From: Octopus vulgaris
Lineage: Eukaryota
Assembly: GCA_951406725.2 (NCBI GenBank)
Contig: OX597818.1
Span: 106,950,001-107,014,000 of the forward strand
Length of the DNA stretch: 64,000 nucleotides
Direction: 5' to 3'
Part shown: positions 54,495 to 64,000 of the stretch, one piece after another
Layout of the letters: every line of letters starts with the position of its first letter
Position numbering within the stretch: the stretch's first letter is position 1
Program-made: the position numbers and the translations under genes
Notes under the pieces: generated by a model
Told to the model about the DNA's origin: nothing
Databases searched by the model: none
The model's input: the letters and a program-made list of their open reading frames with translations, nothing else

Positions 54495-54495
<1 letters not shown>

Positions 54496-55050
54496 CCCTG
54501 ATGCAGTACCAGGCAGTGGCTCTCATGGCTTCTGATCTTAACTGATTGGAAGTGTTATCATGTACATTGTTTTGTCTTGGTATAAAAGATGGGCTACAGC
54601 AAATATTCTGCTCAATACCACAGATTTGCTTGTCAGTTGTTTGACCTTAACCAGTTGAGCATGTCCCTTAGTGGCTGACGATATGTGCATCTCTGATCAC
54701 GAGCAGAAGTAGTGGGGGAGCATCATAGCCATGTGTTGAGAGGGATTCTTTGGGGTTTGAATAATTCACCTCTGGAAACATGGGTGGTTCTTTCAACATC
54801 CTTAAATAACCCTTATTTAGGGACCTTTTGAGCGGGATGGGCTACTCAACCTGAAGAAATTTCGAACTGGGCCCCACCTGCAAGGTCATGTGCTGTTTAT
54901 CTTGATATGAGATCACCATGTCGCGCACCTATGGTTGTGATGCATGTGCCTGGTGTACCCTTATCAGACGGGTAGTCATGATGGGTATATTGGGCTTTGT
55001 ATATTTTACCCCAGTGTCACTTTGATGGCATGAACTGCTCTCTCACTCAA
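54495..55050 (+). mobile_element. About 555-bp non-coding element flanked by (AAT)n
   Basis: (AAT)n on both sides; second copy at 14805-15230 with the same 3' end. Confidence 0.85.
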
Positions 55051-55067
55051 TAATAATAATAATAATA

Positions 55068-56436
55068 GTTCCAGTTGTTACTTATAGCTACAATGTGTTG
55101 AACTGGAATATGAGTGAAGTAAAGAATATAGATAGAAAAATACGCAAGCTGCTGAGTTGTAATAGGATGCACCACCCAAAGGCAGACATAGATCGCCTTT
55201 ACCTTCCCAGAGCCCAAAGAGGTCGAGGCCTGATCCAATTTGAACTAGCTTACAAAACAACCACAATTGGACTGGCCAAATATCTCAAAATATCGAATGA
55301 CTGGATGCTAAAGCTCGTGGAAAATCACGAGAGACGAAAGAAGCTTCATTCTATCATAAAAGAAATCAAAAAATTTGCTATTGATCTCGTGCAGGATACC
55401 CAAACTGAACAACCCGAGGGAAGTACGGCAACTATTGTTGCAAAGAAGGTGAAAATGATGGCAATGAAGAAAGCGCACAAGCAATTGGCTGATAGGTGGG
55501 AGGAGAAACCTCTGCATGGCAAATATGTGACCCGCAGCAAACAAGCTGATGTTGACCAGAAGCAAACCCATCAGTGGCTACGGAGCTCAGGGCTAAAAGC
55601 AGAGAGCGAAGGTTTCATCCTGGCTGCTCAAGATCAAAGCCTATTAACCCGGAACTACCAGGCCAATGTGATGAAAAATGGAGCAGACCCAAAATGCCAA
55701 TTCTGCAACGACATGATCGAAACAGTGGACCACCTAATCTCTGGATGTAAAGTCTTAGCACCAGTGGAGTATAAATTAAGACATGACAGAGTTGGCCAAT
55801 ATCTCCACTGGCTAATAAGTTGGCATTACAATATCAAAACTGCCGACAAGTGGTATAATCACCACCCTGAGGCTGTAACTGAAGAAGAAAATGTAACCAT
55901 TCTGTGGGACTTTCCAGTACATACAGACCGAACCATCAAGGCCAATAAACCAGATATTGTTGTGAAAGACCAAAACAATAAAGTTTGCTTATTGATCGGC
56001 ATGAGCATCCCCTGTGATCATAATATCTCAGCGAAAGAGTTTGACAAGCTCAGAAAATATAAAGACCTACTCATTGAAATTGAGAAAATGTGGCATCTCA
56101 AGGCAGTTACAATACCAGTGATCGTAGGAGCACTAGGAATGATCAAGAAGGGAACCGAAAATTATATGAGAATGATCCCTGGCTTACCATCCCTGCAAAA
56201 AGTGCAAAAGATTGTCTTAACTGGTACCTCATACGTATTGAGAAGAGCATTGTCGATGTGAGAACTGTTGCTGCTCATGTATTTTAATTTAACTTTAAAA
56301 AAAAAAAAAAAAAATTAACGAACTATTGAGTTTGGTTTAATGGCCTACCAATGTATACTATGAGTTTCTTTGCCCTAGGAGTCGGGAAGACACTTGGCAA
56401 GAAATGGAAGCAAATTTGAAAGAAGAAAAAAAAAGT
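55068..56436 (+). mobile_element. R4/Dong-clade non-LTR retrotransposon, 5'-truncated; open ORF 55095-56261
   Basis: HHPKADIDRLYLPR..GRGL, CCHC knuckle CQFC..ETVDHLISGC, RHD, restriction-like endonuclease KPDIVV...K..KYKDL; (AAT)n on both sides. Confidence 0.92.
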
Positions 56437-56509
56437 AATAATAATAATAATATATGAGTAACAAAATTCAGTGCTTGATTAAAAAAGGGTCAATTAAAAA
56501 GGGAAACAG

Positions 56510-57292
56510 TCATCTCTCTTGCACACTACATCTGATGCTTCTTAGGTCCAACTTTTCTCTCAAGGTACTTACACTCTGTTGAGTATGCAAACTGACATTA
56601 TACATCCATCGGAGCATACTGGTTTCAATCCTTGTGAGCTTACGCATGTCCTCAGCAGTCATGGCCCATGTTTCACTGCCATGTAGCATGGCTGTTCATA
56701 CACATGCGTTATACAGTCTACCTTTTACTCTGAGCGAGAGGCCCTTTGTCACCAGCAGAGGTAAGAGCTCTTTGAACTTTGCCCAGGCTATTCTTACTCT
56801 AGCAGTTACACTTTCAGTGCACCCTCCCCTGCTACTGACTTGGTCCTCTAGGTAATGGAAGCTATCAACTACTTCTAGTTTTTCTCCCTGGAATGTAACA
56901 GAAGTTGTTCTCTGCGCATTTTCAGTGTTTATTGCTCCTGAGCATCTGCCACATACAAAAGCTATCTTCCCAGTTAGCCTTCCTTTGATATTGTTGCACT
57001 TCTTATGTGTCCATAACTTACACTGGGTACATCTTTTAGAGTTTCTACCTAAGCCTTTTCTACAGATCGAGCAGGGCCATCTACCTGAAGGGATTTGTGG
57101 TTTGTCTGCCTTCCTACTTATTAAGACTTTGGTTTTAGCTAGGTTGACTCTAAGGCCCTTCGATTCTAATCCTTGCTTCCACACCTGAAACTTCGCCTCT
57201 AGTTTTGATAGTGACTCAGCAATTAGAGCAAGGTCATCAGCATAGAGGAGCTCCCAGGGGCATCCAGTCTTGAATTCCTCTGTTATTGCCTG
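56510..57292 (-). mobile_element. RTE-clade LINE RT fragment with PHD-like finger
   Basis: WELLYADDLAL...GLRVNLAKTKVL, then CSIC...CTQC..WTHKKC...CGRC, then LEVVDSFHYL...ARVRIAWAKFKEL. Confidence 0.9.
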
Positions 57293-57959
57293 CGATGAAT
57301 TTCTCTGTTATTATCATTGTTGTTGTTGTTATTCAGTTGACATATTTATATTGCATACTATCACTGCACGACCAATCACAACCCTGTGTGGCTTGCGTGT
57401 ATTCAGTGCTTTGTTATTCTATAACAGACCCTACCACTAAGTATTTGTGGCAGATATAATCTTTCACTATCAGACTTTTCTATTTATTATTTTTCTTGTC
57501 TAGTCTAACTTGTTGGTTTAGTGTCCAGTTGAGAATATTTAAGCAGTAAATTATTACTGGTACAGCTAGAGTATTGATGCTTATTACCTTATTTTTTGCA
57601 TATGCCTCTGTTTTAAGTATTATAATCTTTTCTTTAATGTATGTGTGTAGTGACTGTGTAGTTTATTGCTTCCTAAGCATTTCTCTGTCTAATTCTCTTA
57701 TTTCACTTTCTTTATCTTGTGTGATATTAGTTTTCTTAATTAATTCTTCTCTCTTCAAAGTCACTTTGGTGCATTTTTCTAAGCTGACTCTTATATTTCT
57801 TTCTTTGATAAGTCTATGTTCTGCCTGTAGTAATATGTTTCAAGTTACTTAGAGCTTGCAACAGACAACTAGAGGTCGTCCATACATAAAAGTTGGTTAA
57901 TTGTCTTGCTTCATTATTATCATTATTACTATTATTTCATATACGCACAACAGATTGAA

Positions 57960-58080
57960 CCGTTGGAAAAGAAAAATTCTTAACATTGGTCTACAACAAG
58001 TAACCTTCAATCCCAAGAACCTTCCTACGTATCCTAGCTGTCCCAAATAACACTGTCTTCTGGAGCTGCACTAAACTGGG

Positions 58081-58085
<5 letters not shown>
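57960..58085 (-). mobile_element. Extreme 3' end of a Dong-type element
   Basis: LQKTVLFGTARIRRKVL beside (ATT)n. Confidence 0.7.
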
Positions 58086-58135
<50 letters not shown>

Positions 58136-58174
58136 ATAATAATAATAATAATAATAATTATTATTATTATTATT

Positions 58175-58691
<517 letters not shown>

Positions 58692-58696
58692 CATTA

Positions 58697-61017
58697 CCTT
58701 TGCACAGCTTCTAACACTGGAGATGTACTACAGTGTCACCTGTTCTCTACCAGTGAACTAAGGTAACACTTCTTATTTTTCGAGCACCTTCTGAAGTATT
58801 CGGGTGGTTCCAAGCAGTACTGTTTTCTGCAAGTGCTCCACCCTTATTGCAGCCCCTATTTGTTCCATGTACTTCTCAAGACTTTTGCTCACTGTTCAAA
58901 TTGCTCCGACAATCATTGGTACTACTGCTACCTTTTTCATCGACCACAACTGCTTAACTTCCCAAGCTAACCTGTCATATCTCTCAACTTTACTTTCTTC
59001 CTTATCGCATACCTTGTTGTCAGCTGGGCATGCTATGTCTATGATCCAGCATAGCTTGTTTTCTTTCTCAATTAAGACTATGTCCGGCTTCCTATTCTCT
59101 ATCTCATGGTCGCACTGAATCATAAAATCCCACAGGATCTTTGCATTTCTATTTTCGACGATGCCTTCAGGTTTGTGGCCATACCAATTTTTTGCTCTGT
59201 CAAGTCCATACTTGTTGCAGAGTGTCCAATGGACAATCCTTGCTATATTGTCATGACATCTCTTATATTCCTTCTGGGCTAGAGGCATACATTGGCTGGT
59301 AATATGCCATATGGTTTCACCATTTTGCCCACAGATTCTACACATATCACTTTCTGATGTGTTGTCTATTCTGTATTTTATGTAGTTTGTTCTTAGCGCT
59401 TGCTCTTGGGCAGCACAGATTAGAGCCTCCGTTTCCGGTTTTAAATCACTTTTAGTCATCCACAGCCATCTTTTTACTCCGTCTGTCTTATCTTCAACAT
59501 CCCTATGAAATTGACCATGCATTCTTTTCTTTATCCACCTATTTTCAGTTTCATCCATCCTCAAGTGCTTGTACAGTGCTTTATCTTTGTAATCTTTCAG
59601 CCTACACAAGCCTGACCTTTCTACCTCTAAAAATAGCAGTTCTGTGGCATTTTTTACATTCCATGTTATGTTGTTTTCTCCTGCTCTAATGCTGTGGTCA
59701 CATCCAATAAGTCCTCTTCCCCCTCTTTTTCTTGGTACATACAGTCTGTCTGCATCACTTTTTGGGTGGAGTGTCTCATATCTTGTTAGCAACTTCCTTG
59801 TCTTTCTAAGCTGTTTAGTTTGTCTACTGTCCATGCGATTACTCCTGCTCCATATCTAAGGAGTGAAACTGCCCAGGTGCTGATAGCTTTGATCTTATTT
59901 CATCTGTTTAATTTCAAATTAAGGATCAGTCTCAGTCAGTGCAAGTACTCCACATTAAATTTTTCTGACATTTCTTTCTCCATCAATTTATCCATTTCCA
60001 AAATCCCCAAGTACTTATAGCCTGTCTCTTCTATCTGCTTCATAACCTCCCCCAGTGGTATTGTTAGCCTGTCCATACATTTGATTTTGCCTCTTTTCAA
60101 TACTAACACACCACACTTTCTCAGTCTGGACTCCATTCTGATATCAGCATTGGAAGTATACACCGTATCAATGAGGGAACTGACTTGGACTTCATCTTAA
60201 CCATATAGTCTGAGGTCATCCATGAATAACAAATGTGTTGACTTTTTGCTGGCGGCTTTTGAATACATACCCAGCTTTTGCTTTCCTCAGAATCAGTGTT
60301 AGTTGTATCAAGCACAGTACAAAGATCAGTGGGGACAGGCAGTCCCCATGGAAAATGCCCCTCCTAATTTCTACTGTCCCTAAACTTCTTCCTTATGCTG
60401 TCAGGTCCATCCTCCAATTTGCCATACTTTTTCCAAGCAATTACTCAACATTCGATGCAATACCAAATAGGTTCATACACTCCATAATCCAAGAATGTGG
60501 GATCATATCGTACTCCTTAAGATAGTCGATCCATGACAAGGTTAAGCTACTTTTCCTCCTCTAGCAGTCTCTGAGTAGAGTTTTATCTATCAGGAGTTGA
60601 TCCTTGGTACCCCTGCACTTACACTTGCAACCCTTCTGCTCATGTGGCAGGACTCCATTTCTTTCTAGATGTTCGTACATTGACTCTGCAAGTATTTCAG
60701 TTAATAACTTCCACATAAGTGGCAAAAAGGATATTGACCTGTAATTGTCTACCATATTGCCTTTTTTGATGTCTTTCAGGGACAGCACTGTCCTACCCAT
60801 TGTCAACCACTCTGGTGTCATTTGGTCGGTATTTAACAAGGTGTTGAGTTGCACTGCTATTTTGATTCAGTAGCCTTGAACTCCATCTGGTCCCAGGGCC
60901 TTCCAGCTGCTCATTTTTTTTGCTGATTTCCTTCACTTCCCTAACTGAAATGACTAGTTCTGCCTGTTTTGGACAGACTACTGCTTGTTTCAGTTCTTGC
61001 AACCATTCAGCATCCTC
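58697..61017 (-). mobile_element. R4/Dong-clade LINE, about 2.3 kb, frameshifted
   Basis: RT ([40 protein letters not shown]; GIFHGDCLSPL), LHPKSDADRLYVPRKRGGRGL, CRIC..ETIWHITSQC, RKPDIVL..IDIACP; 3' end in (ATT)n. Confidence 0.92.
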
Positions 61018-61114
61018 AACTTTGTATCTCTTTGGTATTAATATAATGAAGTCAAGTACTGTTGGTGATGACATCAGTTAACCCTTCTCCTCAAAACTGC
61101 TAGCTTTGTGTCTA

Positions 61115-61851
61115 AAGTGGCTGAGTGTTAAAGACAATGGGAAACATATGAAAAGAAAGAAACCCTTCTTGTTATTGTTGTTGTTGTCATCATCTTCTGA
61201 AAGATGATAACAACGTTGTAAGATCCTTTCCAGAGATAGCACTGGCAAAATTAGAATATTATCTTCTTCTGCAGTATTTTCGTGTTTGAAATCTTTTGCA
61301 AACAAACGACTTGGAATTATTTAAATTTTCATCTGGAGCAAACTGAGGTTCTGTGATTTTATACCTTATTTAACTTATTGACCTACTGCTAGTTGTCCCT
61401 TTTTGGGGTTTGATATAGGAAGTTGGCCAGCACTAATGTTACATTTTATATGTGTTGAAGTGAGGTCTCCATAGACAAATAAGTTTTGATGAACATAAAG
61501 ACTATGATTCAGGGGTTTCCCTTCACATTGAGTGCAGAGAGAAGGTCATTTAGACTGATGGTACAAAGCAGAAAGCCCAGCTGCAAAAGACGTGGAAGTC
61601 AGATTAACTTAAGGGCTTTCCTCTTAGTAGAGCTACCAAAGTTGAAAGGAAATCAGTTGTTACTATTTTCAGGGTGATACTAATTTCAGAACCGGCAGTA
61701 GAGATTCCTTCTTCTAAGAAAGAAATTACTAGAAAGCTTATGAAGCTTTCATGTCAACCATAACCATTATCATTCATTGCCTTGTGAAAGAAAAACTGTA
61801 GAAGTGGCTGAGTGTTAAAGACAATGGGAAAAATAAGAAAAGAAAGAAACC
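61115..61851. repeat. 50-bp direct repeat pair
   Basis: aagtggctgagtgttaaagacaatgggaaa.ata.gaaaagaaagaaacc at 61115-61164 and 61802-61851. Confidence 0.85.
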
Positions 61852-63055
61852 TGTAAAAAATAATTCACTCCAAAAGAAGCCAATTGGGTGATTCCTTATA
61901 ATCATTTCTTTGTATTTAAGGGTTTCAATATAATTTTCCCCTATCTAATGTCTCTTAATTTTCTCACATGCTTTTCCATGCTCATCATCTTAATGTATGC
62001 ATTATTCAAAGCTTACATTCTTCTTTGTTTTCTCACAATCCTCTTTGAAAGCTACCACAGTTCTACTGATAACATGAGCCAACAATGCAGTCTCTATGTG
62101 GTTATTTGTTCTGCTAGATATAACAGGCAAATTACCCTCAAATCAAATGTTACTAACATAAAAATGAATGACATGGGCAAAGTAGTCGCAGATAAAGAAA
62201 ACTACAAGATGGCCCTGATCGTTAGTCTGTTCAATCATTTCTTCTCATTTAAACGTAAACGACAACATAAGAAAGATGAATTGTTAACAATATCATTAGC
62301 TTTTATTGTTTCCATTTCTTGGGATTATTTTTTTATTCTTTCAGTCATTTCAACCATTTCATTCTTTCTGTTTCCTATTTTCTTTCTGCTTTCTCAATTC
62401 CATCTTCTGCCATATCTTCAGCTATTGATATAACATTTAGCTTCTGGTTGTGGTCAGCTTTTCAATGTTGACAACTGTTGACATTTATTTTCTTGGCTTT
62501 AGGTGGCTGCCAGCTTCTTAACATCACATTTGCTTCTTCCAACCACCAAACTTTCTCTCTGTTATGATGATTTATGCAAAAACTTTTGTTATAGAATTTT
62601 TCAAAAATAAAGTGATTATTGTTATTACATGCGCACGTGCACACACACACACACACAATGGAAAATAGAAGTTGAAAATGCACTGAGAATAGTTAAAATA
62701 TTTTATTGTTGTTGTTGTGGTTGAATCTGAACACCCCTGTGAATGGATGGTTCTAAGTTGTATAAGTATGCATGCATGCTGGAGATACATAAAAACAGTG
62801 TGGTATGTACAGACGCCTGTAAAACAGTGGCAGAAATCATTTTGGAAGAGATATTGGAATTACGTGTTTGTGAATTGATAGTTGTTAAATGATTCTATCA
62901 GAAGTCCACATCACAGTAAAACACCATAACAATAACGACAAGAATTCGAACTACACACAGGGGAAAATGTCAAAACCCCTCTCAATTTGTAAAAGTGGTG
63001 ACAAGGATTCTAATTTTACGCACTTCATAATAGTGAGACATTCAAAGTTCTTAGC

Positions 63056-63390
63056 ATGGAAGAATTGGTAGCCTTCATGATACAGCAACAAGAACAATGG
63101 AAACAACAACAACAACAACAGCAAATTCAGCAGTTGTTAGAATTATTGCTGAGGTCAAAGAATATGTCAGGTTCGTTTTTAGTGGATGGAGGAGCTAATT
63201 CAATTGAGGAATTTGTCTATAATCCTGAAGAAGGGATTACGTTTTTGGCATACTATGGAAGGTATGAGGAAATATTTGAGGAAGAATGTAAAAGTTGGAC
63301 AAATGAAAAGAAGGCAACTCTTCTTTTACAAAAATTAGCACTGACAGAACACGAAAAAATACTGCAATTTCATCTTGCCAAGGAAACCAC
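63056..63390 (+). mobile_element. Ty3/Gypsy gag N-terminal remnant
   Basis: Q-rich start then FVYNPEEGITFLAYYGRYEEIF...EKKATLLLQKL...EHEK, resembling the gag N-terminus of invertebrate Gypsy elements; frameshift before LPK and truncated by another repeat. Confidence 0.65.
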
Positions 63391-63496
63391 AAGAAATCTG
63401 AGAACCACATTAAAGGTACGCATGTCTGTGGAGTACTCAACCACTTGCACGCTAATTTCACAAGCTGGAACAATCATTGTCATAACAGATGGAGTG

Positions 63497-63535
<39 letters not shown>

Positions 63536-63544
63536 TGTGTATGT

Positions 63545-63977
63545 GTGCTTGGGAAGACCCGTCAGGCCAATTGCAATTGTAGTTGTGGCTGATGCGAGTC
63601 TTGCATATCTGGCGCTCATGCTGGAGGTATGTAAAAGGCACCTTTTGAACTTTGGGCCTCATGGAAGCGGTGACAAGTGATCGAGACTTTTGACAATATA
63701 CTGTGCTTCAGAAGACCTGTCAAGCCAAGTGAGATCTTAGTTGTGGTCAATACCAGTGTTTCATAAATGGTCCCCATACCAGCGGCATTTAAAAAGCACT
63801 CACTACAGACTTGGAGTGGTTGGCATTAGGAAGGGTATCCAGCCATAGAAAACCATGCCAAATCAGATTGGAACCTGGTGCAGCTCCCCAGCTTACCAGT
63901 TTTCAGTCAAACTGTCCAACCCATGCCAGCATGGAAAGCAGATGCTAAATGATAAGGATGATGATGATGATGATGAT
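63545..63977 (+). mobile_element. RTE LINE ORF end + 3' UTR
   Basis: VLGKTRQA (compare AVTAKTQQIK at about 11970), followed by the family C tail and (gat)n. Confidence 0.8.
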
Positions 63978-64000
63978 ATATATATATATATATATATATA

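Noticed and set aside
61888-62433. 181-aa hydrophobic ORF
   Set aside because: T-rich compositional artefact with no recognisable motif or splice structure.
62780-62840. LTR end and primer-binding site upstream of the gag remnant
   Set aside because: ...aaaaca-gtggc is only suggestive and no second LTR is available to confirm it.

Overview
AT-rich, microsatellite-saturated eukaryotic DNA. The repeat families look like those of coleoid cephalopods, most likely Octopus (inferred, not proven). There is no intact host protein-coding gene; nearly all ORFs in the track are microsatellite translations. The window holds: (i) decayed non-LTR retrotransposons: R4/Dong-type RT-CCHC-RLE elements sitting in (TAA)n arrays (dense cluster at 53.7-61 kb), RTE elements (one with a PHD-like finger inside the RT region) and old CR1/L2 remnants; (ii) two abundant tRNA-headed SINE families plus many RTE 3'-tail copies; (iii) mariner, hAT and Gypsy-gag relics; (iv) two candidate minus-strand exons with strong splice sites. 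The most striking signal is a set of short, non-coding, head-to-head fold-back insertions bounded by 10-13 bp target-site duplications. One family (2.4-3.0 kb and 40.4-40.9 kb) joins a Pol III tRNA-like head, an (AAT)n spacer and a minimal type I hammerhead ribozyme motif of the kind found in Penelope-like elements, so it is a candidate Penelope-mobilised, ribozyme-carrying SINE. A second fold-back family (17.5, 32.4 and 45.3 kb, with a relative at 5.7 kb) carries a three-hairpin structure whose pairings are kept between divergent copies.
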